Made by a program: the position numbers and the translations under genes. A model generated the notes under the pieces. That model had not been told where the DNA came from and searched no databases. It saw only the letters and a list, made by a program, of their open reading frames with translations. 64,000 bases of DNA, from IMG/VR virus record IMGVR_UViG_3300023179_000001, positions 1-64,000 of that record. One strand, written 5' to 3'. Position 1 is the first letter of the stretch. Each line of letters starts with the position of its first letter. Below are positions 1 through 9,158 of the stretch, in pieces. The stretch is from a virus.

Positions 1-126
1 CGACATCCATTCGACCTTCAAGACCTGTGATATCTGCTTCTGCGACATCCATTCGACCTTCAAGACCTGTGATATCTGCTTCTGCGACATCCATTCGACC
101 TTCAAGACCTGTGATATCTGCTTCTG
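1..126. repeat. 42-bp tandem repeat, 3 exact copies visible (coding, 14-aa unit)
   Basis: cgacatccattcgaccttcaagacctgtgatatctgcttctg at 1, 43 and 85; may continue beyond the window. Confidence 0.95.
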
Positions 127-631
127 CAACATCCAGATCGGATTGAAGTCCAGTAATCACCCCAGACAAATAACTATCTGCGCTTTGTCGTGCAAATGTC
201 TCGCCTGTGACGGCTCCTGAAAGATAATCGATCTCGCCTTCGGCAGTTGATAAACCTCCACTTAAAGAACCTATTTGTCCTGCGACTGTTTGGGCAAAGT
301 TTGCATCGCCAGAAAGAGCGTCTGCCAATTCTTTTAAGGTATCTAAAACTTCAGGAGCAGAGTTTACTAAAGCAGCCACCTCTTGATCCGTATATGCCTT
401 AGCATCATATAGAGCCTTGGCAACGCTGCCTGCGACTCCAGTGGATCCTTCGAGGACATCTAATCGCACATCTAGTCCCGAAACCTCTGAATTTAGAGAT
501 CCTTGCAATCCGGTAATTGCTCCGCTTAAAGCATTAACGCTACCGGAAACCGCGTTTCGTGCTCTTTCGTTAGTGAAAAACAAATTCCGCTGGCCTTCAA
601 CCAGCACATCCGTATTTTTAATAAAAGCCAT
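1..631 (-). CDS. Tail fibre protein (runs off the left edge; absent from the ORF track)
   Basis: ATG at 631 with AAGGA RBS; manual translation MAFIKNTDVLVEGQRNLFFTNERAR...ALVNSAPEVLDTLKELADALSGDANFA (phage fibre motif), then 14-aa coiled-coil repeats AEADITGLEGRMDV. Confidence 0.85.
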   Translation of the reverse strand, partial: MAFIKNTDVLVEGQRNLFFTNERARNAVSGSVNALSGAITGLQGSLNSEVSGLDVRLDVLEGSTGVAGSVAKALYDAKAYTDQEVAALVNSAPEVLDTLKELADALSGDANFAQTVAGQIGSLSGGLSTAEGEIDYLSGAVTGETFARQSADSYLSGVITGLQSDLDVAEADITGLEGRMDVAEADITGLEGRMDVAEADITGLEGRMDV

Positions 632-647
632 TTTGTTTCCTTTTTTG

Positions 648-1031
648 TTAAATAATTGACCAGAAAGAGCCTCTGGAGATGCATTTAATAGCCTCTCTAG
701 GGGCAACTAGCTGGAATTCGGATTCTCCATCGATTAAAGCACCATTGCCTTCGATGGTTACAGGATTGATTACGGCTTGGCCCACTTCGTCCTTTATGCA
801 GAACTCTTGTCCGACTTCGACTGTTGCTATGTCTGGTAGTGTAACCGTGATTGGCCCTGCCGATGAATCAACGCCCACATAATAATCGGCAGAATCTAAT
901 AAAACATTAACGGCCACTGATCTTGCATTTACAACAACCTTGCCGCCAAGCTCCGTGAAGGTAGAAAACAGGTCAACACCTCGTTTAAACTTTCCTGTTT
1001 CTTCTTCTACTAAAAGGACTTTTAGAGCCAT
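648..1031 (-). CDS. Small tail fibre/baseplate-associated protein
   Basis: Beta-rich DYYVGVDSSAGPITVTLP...IKDEVGQA...TIEGNGALIDG pattern typical of phage fibre proteins; position among fibre genes. Confidence 0.6.
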   Translation of the reverse strand: MALKVLLVEEETGKFKRGVDLFSTFTELGGKVVVNARSVAVNVLLDSADYYVGVDSSAGPITVTLPDIATVEVGQEFCIKDEVGQAVINPVTIEGNGALIDGESEFQLVAPREAIKCISRGSFWSII

Positions 1032-1051
1032 TGTAATCCCATTCTAACCAT

Positions 1052-2242
1052 TTAATATTCAAACTCAAATTTGGGTTCAAACAACAAATCGGTACTGTTT
1101 AAAGCTACTCCGACACAATAAACGGCATCGTTTTCATTATAGGTAATATCTTCATACAGAGCCACATCTCCATCGGAGTTTAAATAGTATTTCTTTCCAG
1201 GCGTTAAACCAGAAAGAACAACCACGGCCCCGCACTTGCCAATCACATCTCCTTCGGCTTCATCAACTATTGCTTCAGCAGTAATTCCAATTTTTTTATC
1301 CCACAATCCAGAATCCTTAGATGCTACCTCTATCAACCCAGATTCTTCAAACGATACAACCTTTTTAACTGCGATGGTTAAGCCAGTCTCATTTGTCTTT
1401 CTGACTGTATAGTTAACCTCAAGTTGATTGCTAGTATTTACCCGAACACTCTTAGAATCGGTTAAAACATTATATTCTCCACCGCTTAATTCTAGCGCAT
1501 CACCTGCACTAGGAGCAGAGGAGGCCAAGTCTACAACGCTTTGAACGGTAACTCTTTTTAAGTTACCCGAATCAGATTCGTCCCTAATTAAAAGGTAGTC
1601 TGCACCAACGGGTGCAACGGTAGACAAAGTGCCAAGATCTGACTTTATTTTATTCTGTACCCTGGTGTCAGTGTAATAAAGCCCTGCGCCTTCGGCGACT
1701 TCGGTGGTTGTTAGAACCACAGCACCAATAAGACCATTTACCGATTGAACGGATGGGCTGGTGTCTAGCTTTTCCCAAACTTTACTTTGATTTAAGATTA
1801 CATAATCCCCAACTGAATAGCTGGCACTCCCAGAACCAAGATCCCTACTGCCAGCAGTCCCGACACGGTAGACGCTACCAATGCTGCTATCAGTGTTGCC
1901 AGAACCGTCTGCCAAGGCCGGACTATTCGTGTTTGCATCCCAAACCCCCTCATAAGACATCAGCTTATCAGGAAGCTGCGCCTCAATTATTTTTGATGAA
2001 CTATTAAGTGTTGCAATTCCATTTGCTGCGCCTAGCTGATCATATCTAAGTGCGTGTCCATTTGCAGTGGGAGCCGCAATATTGGTGAGCTTTTTATTTC
2101 CAAAATCAAATGTTCCATTTGTCTCTTTTACTTCGAGAACAGAAGAACCCACTCGAACAGAAAGAAAATCAACTGTTTGAGCGTTAGAGGCTTTCTTTTT
2201 TTCTCTACCCGCCTCAATAACTAATAAATCAAGATTCGCCAT
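1052..2242 (-). CDS. Fibre/structural protein with C-terminal DUF2190/cement-like domain
   Basis: GAANGIATLNSSSKI, YEGVWDANTNSPAL, VQSVNGLIGAVVL and EGAGLYYTDTRV fibre motifs. Confidence 0.7.
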   Translation of the reverse strand: MANLDLLVIEAGREKKKASNAQTVDFLSVRVGSSVLEVKETNGTFDFGNKKLTNIAAPTANGHALRYDQLGAANGIATLNSSSKIIEAQLPDKLMSYEGVWDANTNSPALADGSGNTDSSIGSVYRVGTAGSRDLGSGSASYSVGDYVILNQSKVWEKLDTSPSVQSVNGLIGAVVLTTTEVAEGAGLYYTDTRVQNKIKSDLGTLSTVAPVGADYLLIRDESDSGNLKRVTVQSVVDLASSAPSAGDALELSGGEYNVLTDSKSVRVNTSNQLEVNYTVRKTNETGLTIAVKKVVSFEESGLIEVASKDSGLWDKKIGITAEAIVDEAEGDVIGKCGAVVVLSGLTPGKKYYLNSDGDVALYEDITYNENDAVYCVGVALNSTDLLFEPKFEFEY

Positions 2243-2249
2243 ATATCCC

Positions 2250-2807
2250 TTATGGTCTAACCACTATTTCTGGAAAAATAATCAAGTCAGTAGCAGAAGC
2301 ACTTGCGATTGCAGCAGCGCAGTCTGAGACACCGATTTTAATTATTGAATCATCATTCCCAGTGAAAGCCGCTGGGTTATTTGTATAACCTGCTGACTCA
2401 GAGAGATAAATTTCTTCTCCAGGTGCATACCCCAATCCAATAAGAGCATTCTCAATGTTTGCTCCAAACAACAAAACAGGAATAATATCTCCGTTCACAG
2501 CAGCAGTATCTAAAGAGATTCCCACAACACTTTGTCCAGAGGCAGCATCAGAATCGGCTTGTTGAATTTTACCATCTGCTCTTTTTGAAACTGGCTTTTT
2601 CAAAGAGATTGGACCATTTGCCACCATGCGCTTAATAAACAGGTTTGTTGCAGCAGATTGAGTGACTTCTTCAACTATTCCATTTATGTTTTTGATACTT
2701 AAAACATTGCCGTTATCGGCATCTAAAAAGATAGATCCCAAAGGAGCAGATAAAGCACTCATTGGGTTCATCATAAAGAAATTTGCTTTTACTCCTATAT
2801 TCATCAA
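2250..2807 (-). CDS. Structural protein, DUF2190/cement-like domain
   Basis: VVGISLDTAAVNGDII...GYAPGEEIYLS; similar to the C-terminus of 1052..2242. Confidence 0.5.
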   Translation of the reverse strand: MMNIGVKANFFMMNPMSALSAPLGSIFLDADNGNVLSIKNINGIVEEVTQSAATNLFIKRMVANGPISLKKPVSKRADGKIQQADSDAASGQSVVGISLDTAAVNGDIIPVLLFGANIENALIGLGYAPGEEIYLSESAGYTNNPAAFTGNDDSIIKIGVSDCAAAIASASATDLIIFPEIVVRP

Positions 2808-2812
2808 ATCTC

Positions 2813-4465
2813 CTAAATTGGTGTGATAGTGAAAACACCAGAAATCATTTCGATTTTATAGACCTGAGCACTGTTTGTATCCTTTAAATACAAAGCTCCC
2901 CACGCCTTAGTCTCTTGTCCTAAAGTTTTATTTCCATTTACGAATGGAGCAGGATTTACAACGATGTTTTCTAAATCAACCGAAGCTCCAAGCCCACCAC
3001 CTGCACCAGTTCTTTCTTGTCTAATGGTGACAATCGCATTTTCTGCAACGGTGTATGAAAACTCAATTTCCTGAATGGTGTTTTTAATGAAATCAGCGTT
3101 ATTTAAAACACCATCTTGAGCCTGAATCTGCTTTTGGCCGTTTACATAAACCTGAATATCAGGAATGGCGTTTGAAGCTGAAAACTCAATATTAGTAGTT
3201 GTAAAAACAGATTGTCCACCAACTCCCACTGTGAAGTTTTCTTCTTGGGCAGCGTTTGACTGAATTACGTTCAATGCAGCATCTAGCTTTGATATTGCAG
3301 TTGGGTAATTATCTGTAACTAAAAAGTTTGTTACTGAAGTGTATTCTTGATAGGAATTTTCTGCCAAAATCCCAAGTCTTACTCTTAGGTCTTGAGGCAA
3401 ATCGGTTCCAATCGTGCCAGTTTCTCCAGAGCTTAACTCTGGAATATCCATCATCCCGTAAACCGTAGATCCTCGTCTAAAGAAAAGAACCTGAATCCCT
3501 GGTTCCCATCCTGCTGAGTCTGGGGAGATAGGCACATTCTGAAGATCGGTCTTTTTAACAGTCAAAGAACTAGGAGGAGCCCCTTCTGGGATAGCCACAT
3601 AAAGAGCCTGACCATCTAAAATTTGGATTGTAGCTGGCTCGATTACATAGATATGAGGTCTATCTGCCATCTCAATCTTAATCTGAGATGTCCAAGCGAT
3701 ATTGTTAGCTCCGTTTACTCCCTCGAACCCGACAGTGCCGTTCGAGTAGAAAAACATATTCTGATATTCTTTTATCTCTTTCGCAGAGCCCCAAGGCTTT
3801 GAATACCAAGTCGAAGTACCCTTTGCCTCTTTCAATGCAGTGGTGATGGCATCGTAGGCAGATTTGAGACTATCTATGGTTCTATCTGTTCTGGTAGTCC
3901 CAAAGTTCCAATCTGATTCTAGTTCAAACAAAATCTTTCTTTGATCAACGATTGAGGCTATTGCTCCACCAGCCGTGGTTACGATTGCAAGCGGTAGCTT
4001 GTCTGCATCGCCTGTGAAACCAACCACGTTAGAAACAAGCACTGGAGCCTGTTCTTTCACGGTCATTATATTTTGAGAGAACTCTTCGCCAACTCCACCG
4101 TTTGCCGACGTGTCCCATACGGCCACGGTATCTTCTGCACACAAATCATCAACGATTTTTACTTCAACGTAGTTTGTGGCATTGTCAGCTAAATTTAAGG
4201 TGATCAATTCAGATCCTTGAACCCTGTCCACGATTCCATTGAAACCAGTTCGTTCAGATGCGAATAGGAAAGAGCCCGAAGTGTTGTTAACCCTAATCTG
4301 AAGACCACCATTGTTTTCCACAACCCAGTTTTTTAAAATTCTGTTCTGTGGTGAGAAAAAAGATTTATTGTAGTTATAAAATTCTTGAGAGATGAACTGA
4401 CTCATCGACTCGTGTTGAGGCAAGTCGTATCGTTGATCAGCTACGAATCGTTGTACCTTCTGCAC
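2813..4465 (-). CDS. Baseplate/fibre-attachment structural protein
   Basis: 550 aa, beta-rich, follows the baseplate wedge genes; IQVYVNGQKQ...IEFSYTVAENAIVTI module; GTG start with GGGGG RBS. Confidence 0.55.
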   Translation of the reverse strand: MQKVQRFVADQRYDLPQHESMSQFISQEFYNYNKSFFSPQNRILKNWVVENNGGLQIRVNNTSGSFLFASERTGFNGIVDRVQGSELITLNLADNATNYVEVKIVDDLCAEDTVAVWDTSANGGVGEEFSQNIMTVKEQAPVLVSNVVGFTGDADKLPLAIVTTAGGAIASIVDQRKILFELESDWNFGTTRTDRTIDSLKSAYDAITTALKEAKGTSTWYSKPWGSAKEIKEYQNMFFYSNGTVGFEGVNGANNIAWTSQIKIEMADRPHIYVIEPATIQILDGQALYVAIPEGAPPSSLTVKKTDLQNVPISPDSAGWEPGIQVLFFRRGSTVYGMMDIPELSSGETGTIGTDLPQDLRVRLGILAENSYQEYTSVTNFLVTDNYPTAISKLDAALNVIQSNAAQEENFTVGVGGQSVFTTTNIEFSASNAIPDIQVYVNGQKQIQAQDGVLNNADFIKNTIQEIEFSYTVAENAIVTIRQERTGAGGGLGASVDLENIVVNPAPFVNGNKTLGQETKAWGALYLKDTNSAQVYKIEMISGVFTITPI

Positions 4466-4497
4466 TTAAACCCCCAACCAATCTAATTTGGATAACA

Positions 4498-5625
4498 TCA
4501 ACATTCTGGTTCCTTGATAATCCATCTAATTTTAACGCCCGATGCCGTTATTGATTCACAAATTTCTTGAGCTAACATTCTTGCAGCAGTCACCCCTACC
4601 AAGTAAACCGAATAATCATACCCGTTAACCCTAGGTTTAGAATAAGGCTTTATGATTACGTTTACCAGTTCACCTATCGAATGATCATACAAAAAGTTGT
4701 AGCTACTGTCTAAAAGAAGCGTAGTGTTATTTGGCCTTCCGAAGTATTCGATGCCCTCTTCTTCTGTTTTATAGCCAAAATTAAAAATCAACTTGCCTGG
4801 AGCATCTGGAATCGCAGAGGCATCTTCTAATTGCAAAGTCGGATAAACGCTACCAGCCACAATGTTTTGGTTTAAAACCCCACGCTGCTTTGTGACAGTG
4901 AAATCTCTGTTTAAATCTGGAATAAAAGAACCAGGATAGTTTACCACGTTTGAGATAACAAATCTTTGGCCAGATTGGATAGCTGATATGTCGAACGCTG
5001 CGGCAAACTGAATCGAAACTCCTGTGCTGCCTTCTGAGTTTGATAAAACAGGATAGCTATAATGATTTTGGTTAAAATCAGAAAACTTTAGCTCATCCTC
5101 TTTCAAAATCTTGGTGTCACCATCCAAGTTTACTGTGATGGACTTGGTGATATTGTCCACATCAACTACTACGCCCGAATAGTTTTTAAAGTGTTGAGAG
5201 CCTCTTAAGATTCTTCTTAGGTATGGCACAGAGCTTGGAATCTGAATAACTATTTCGTTTGGATTGATTTCGGAAATCACAACTTTTGGATTGTTTGCAT
5301 TGAAAAATACATCCAAAACCTTTTTCAAAGTCGTCTTTACCTGTTTTGGATAAAAGCTAAGGAGGGGAATAAGCTGCCTAAACTGTTCATCAAGGATATT
5401 AAAAGTAGAAGGTCTAAACACCCCTACGTTTGATCCCAGTGCATCTAGGAATTGAAGTCTCGCAAACTTTACGAATATCTGTTCTTTGGCGTTTTGGACA
5501 CTCTCAACGATCAGATCATCTTCTGAAGCCCAAGCGTATAGAAGACCACGCACCATTGGGTTTAAATCTGGACTGTAAAGAGAAGGTATGTACCTGCTCA
5601 TTTTTTCCAATTTGGTGAGTGCCAT
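4498..5625 (-). CDS. Baseplate wedge protein (P2 gpI/T4 gp7-like)
   Basis: FLDALGSNVGVFRP...DEQFRQLI motif; C-terminal ITASGVKIRW; directly downstream of baseplate J. Confidence 0.7.
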   Translation of the reverse strand: MALTKLEKMSRYIPSLYSPDLNPMVRGLLYAWASEDDLIVESVQNAKEQIFVKFARLQFLDALGSNVGVFRPSTFNILDEQFRQLIPLLSFYPKQVKTTLKKVLDVFFNANNPKVVISEINPNEIVIQIPSSVPYLRRILRGSQHFKNYSGVVVDVDNITKSITVNLDGDTKILKEDELKFSDFNQNHYSYPVLSNSEGSTGVSIQFAAAFDISAIQSGQRFVISNVVNYPGSFIPDLNRDFTVTKQRGVLNQNIVAGSVYPTLQLEDASAIPDAPGKLIFNFGYKTEEEGIEYFGRPNNTTLLLDSSYNFLYDHSIGELVNVIIKPYSKPRVNGYDYSVYLVGVTAARMLAQEICESITASGVKIRWIIKEPEC

Positions 5626-5627
5626 CT

Positions 5628-8600
5628 TTATCCTACAATAATATTTGAATCGTTTACCCTAGCCAGTTCGTTATCTGCCACTGCCACGTTTGCCGAAGGT
5701 ACAGTTACCTTCACATCCGCAACGCCCGAAACGCCTTTTACAGCTACAACGATATTACTTAAAACCACGTCCTCTCCCACGCCAAGCTGATTGACGTAGG
5801 CTGATACAGCAGATTTCACATCGTTTGTTAGAGAGCCAAGAGAAACGCCCTCGTTTACTCTGACAGTTAATTCAACCCTAATTGGGAGCGACACTGGCTC
5901 GGCTACTTCAACTTGAACCCCTGCGGCCCTAACGCCTGGGTAGGTTTCTTCATCATCAGATCTACCGTCCACCGTCCATTGCACAATTTGAGCAAGACCC
6001 GTGTAGTGCCTATAGCCATCAACGCCTAAATAAACGGTAGTTGGGAATTGAAGAACAGAGTTTGCACTACCACCTGTAACTTCAATCGCTGCGCTTTCGC
6101 CTAAGTTTTTAGATGCAATCTGTATTTTCGTTCCACCAGAAGATGTTTTTACCTCTGTTCTAACGCTTAAAGATGTAATCTTTTTATTATTCCACAAAGC
6201 GACAAGTGCTTTGGCAGTTTTGGGTAGAATTTGATAGCTCTGTCCCACTTGAGGAGACTGTGGGAAAGCAGATCCTACTGTGATGGTATTTGTGATTGAG
6301 TTATAAGCCGAAATTGGTCTTCTCACTCCTGAGACTGGGCCTGTGGTCACTAGAATCTCATACTCATTATTTAAGTCCGAATCAGATGTAAAAATGGTAT
6401 TTAAAGCAGAATCTACAATCGTGGTTATATCAGTGCCAATGGCAGTTGTTCCGCTTTTAAAGCATGGCACAATCAAATTGTTTGCAGAATTCTTATCAAC
6501 CACAACTATCACTTCACCACTACCAGGCAAAGTAAACGGCTGCGATGTCGATTCGACAGAAGGAATGTGTGACACCAAAGATTCAACCAAGTGGGTTGGA
6601 AACTGTAAAACAGAATTTGCACTACCACCTGTAACCTTCAATGTGCCTGTGAATTTGTTTACGTCGATTCTAATTCTTTGGTTGTATAGACTTACTGTGG
6701 CCCCATTTAAAGATTTTTCAAGTCTAGCCAAAACTTCAGAAATTAGTGCAGTGCCAGGTGCAGTGAAATCACTTGGCTCAAATGTAACTGTCTGTGGAAC
6801 CCCATCTATTTCTAAAGTGAGAGTTTCTCCACCGACAAGGCCGTAGGGGGCGAGAGAAGAAACGATATAGGCTCTAGTGTCTGGCATCCCAAGAGTTACC
6901 TGATCGCCTACTTGTAGGGTGTTTTCCAACTCAATCTGTCCAATGAATCTATTGATAGTGTAATCTTTGTTTTGGCCTACTTTTTCTGATTCAGAAAAGC
7001 CCAGCATTTGATTTGCAGTACAAATCTTAATGGTACTTTCAACTGGATTTGTAGCAATCGCTCCAGTTCTGGTGATTCTCACCCAATACTGAGTTGTCGA
7101 ATTTACAGTTGTGGGAACCCAATTTCTAGGTGCTTTAAATAAAACGAATCCGCTTTGAGTAAACCCTTCTGTGCCATCGGTAACGCCAATCTTGGCCCAA
7201 GAGATTCCATTCCAGTATTCAAAATCAAACTCCATCGGTACATCTGCTGTAACTGCTAAGTTAAAGTAAATGCTTTCAAATAAGACATTGGTGTGACCCA
7301 AGTACAAAGAAGAGCCGATTGAAGAAAATAGGGTGATGTTTGATAATCCTGTTTTGATTGGCGACAGGATATTTGTATATGCAACGCCCGCTTTTATGAA
7401 TGCTGCATCAAAGTTTTCAACAATCCTGATTTTAGAATTTTCACTTTTTAGGGTGTTTGAAGAGACTGTGACTCTGGATTCGTTTGATGTTGCAGTGGCG
7501 GTCAAACCAAAAGCAGAATTATTTATAACAGAGACAACCTCATCTGCTGATGCTGATGCTGCGTTTGCGAAATCGTTTACTGTGAAAAAGACTGAGTTTG
7601 GGACAGATCCTTTACCATCCACAACAAATACCAAGTTATGATCTTGCAGAGAGAAATCATAACCTGCTGAGTTTTGGCACTCTAGGCTTGCGGTAATCCC
7701 GTCTTTGCTAAGAAGTGTAACTGCGTTATTTCTTCTTAGGTATAGCTTGGTTGTGTATTTTTGATCTGTGGGGAAAGCCAATTCTGCGTTCGCAGTCCCA
7801 CCCGTGACTCTAATTTGCTCATCTATATTTGATCTGGAAAAGATTTTTACCTTTTTCCCATCTGATGAAATTCTAGCTTCAAAAAGAGCGGCTACTTTAT
7901 TGATTTTAGCTAAAACTTCCTGAGCAGTAGCTTCGCCTGGAGTTTCAAAGTCCGTTGACAGGAATTGCACTGTTTCTACTTTTCCACCTACTTCAACAAA
8001 CAGATCCTCACCGCCTGAAATATCAAATGGCTCTTGGTTTTGAGTTTCTACAAAGGCTTTTACGATTGGATAGTTCGCAATATAAAGAAACTTTTCTCCA
8101 CCTGTGGCGTTGGCGACAATCTCTTCATACCCAACCGATTGAAAGGTGGGCACAAAACCAGTTCCATCATCAATAAATAGCTTTACTACATCAGCAGGAA
8201 TGGTGGGCTCAATGATAGATGCAGAAACGACACGCTTGTTTTCTAATTCAGACACAAGCCCGACAGTGCCATTGATAATAGACTTGCCAGTACCCCTTGA
8301 AAGAGATTGGATGGTGTCTTTAATTCTGTCTCGTAGCTCTTGATCAGTTTCTTCATCTTTCCCATTTGTCACCCTCGATGGATTTGTCACCGTTGCAGTT
8401 GAAAAAGGCAAAGAATTGAATTGGCTGATTGAACCGACTGGTACGTTGCTGCCAGAGCCGCCTTCCAGTGCTGTGACTGTTACTCCAGTTACATAGGGCT
8501 CACCATTTAAAATGGTAGCATCAGCATCTAACGAAAACTCAATTTGTGGATTGATGTCAGAAGATGGTACAAAAACAACCGTACCAGCAGGGATGAGCCT

Positions 8601-9146
8601 GTCCCCACCTTGAGCCAAAATAATTGTTTCATCAGTGCCATGATCATTTGCCAGAGCAGCAGATAGATTAAAAGTGTAATAGCTCGTGTTGTCCGTGATA
8701 GACGAATAGGCCACTGTTTCTACGTTGGGAGTGTTTCTCCCAATTACGATTGAACCCGAAGCAGGAAATCCAACAGCAGATGAGGCGTTGACTGACACAG
8801 ATCCGACCACTGGGCCTGGTAATCCTGAAAAAACCGTGGTTGAAACTTTGGTGACAGAAGAATCGCCAATAGTAACCTTAGTAGAAGCGGTTTCTCCAGT
8901 GCGTCTCGTTAGGCCATATTCTTCTGCTCTATTATCTAAATCCGTGTTGCTAATTGAATCAAGAGAGTAGCCTCTGATGATTTCAAGCATCTGAAAATAT
9001 TGTTCATCATCTTCTTGAGCCGCAGCTTCCAACATTGTAGTTAGAACGGAGCCGTAGTTCACATCGGTAATGGGAGTGACAGATATGATCCTTGCGACCA
9101 TATCACCCATGATCTGCGGAAATAAACGTGGTACAAACTGGGACAT
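5628..9146 (-). CDS. Baseplate J-like wedge protein, long, with internal repeats
   Basis: DVNYGSVLTTMLEA, DLDNRAEEYGLTR, NGKDEETDQELRDRI, YVNQLGVGEDVVLS. Confidence 0.88.
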   Translation of the reverse strand: MSQFVPRLFPQIMGDMVARIISVTPITDVNYGSVLTTMLEAAAQEDDEQYFQMLEIIRGYSLDSISNTDLDNRAEEYGLTRRTGETASTKVTIGDSSVTKVSTTVFSGLPGPVVGSVSVNASSAVGFPASGSIVIGRNTPNVETVAYSSITDNTSYYTFNLSAALANDHGTDETIILAQGGDRLIPAGTVVFVPSSDINPQIEFSLDADATILNGEPYVTGVTVTALEGGSGSNVPVGSISQFNSLPFSTATVTNPSRVTNGKDEETDQELRDRIKDTIQSLSRGTGKSIINGTVGLVSELENKRVVSASIIEPTIPADVVKLFIDDGTGFVPTFQSVGYEEIVANATGGEKFLYIANYPIVKAFVETQNQEPFDISGGEDLFVEVGGKVETVQFLSTDFETPGEATAQEVLAKINKVAALFEARISSDGKKVKIFSRSNIDEQIRVTGGTANAELAFPTDQKYTTKLYLRRNNAVTLLSKDGITASLECQNSAGYDFSLQDHNLVFVVDGKGSVPNSVFFTVNDFANAASASADEVVSVINNSAFGLTATATSNESRVTVSSNTLKSENSKIRIVENFDAAFIKAGVAYTNILSPIKTGLSNITLFSSIGSSLYLGHTNVLFESIYFNLAVTADVPMEFDFEYWNGISWAKIGVTDGTEGFTQSGFVLFKAPRNWVPTTVNSTTQYWVRITRTGAIATNPVESTIKICTANQMLGFSESEKVGQNKDYTINRFIGQIELENTLQVGDQVTLGMPDTRAYIVSSLAPYGLVGGETLTLEIDGVPQTVTFEPSDFTAPGTALISEVLARLEKSLNGATVSLYNQRIRIDVNKFTGTLKVTGGSANSVLQFPTHLVESLVSHIPSVESTSQPFTLPGSGEVIVVVDKNSANNLIVPCFKSGTTAIGTDITTIVDSALNTIFTSDSDLNNEYEILVTTGPVSGVRRPISAYNSITNTITVGSAFPQSPQVGQSYQILPKTAKALVALWNNKKITSLSVRTEVKTSSGGTKIQIASKNLGESAAIEVTGGSANSVLQFPTTVYLGVDGYRHYTGLAQIVQWTVDGRSDDEETYPGVRAAGVQVEVAEPVSLPIRVELTVRVNEGVSLGSLTNDVKSAVSAYVNQLGVGEDVVLSNIVVAVKGVSGVADVKVTVPSANVAVADNELARVNDSNIIVG

Positions 9147-9158
9147 TCTAATTTTCTC

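Noticed and set aside
1-126. Possible CRISPR array
   Set aside because: Repeats are contiguous with no spacers and lie in frame within a fibre gene
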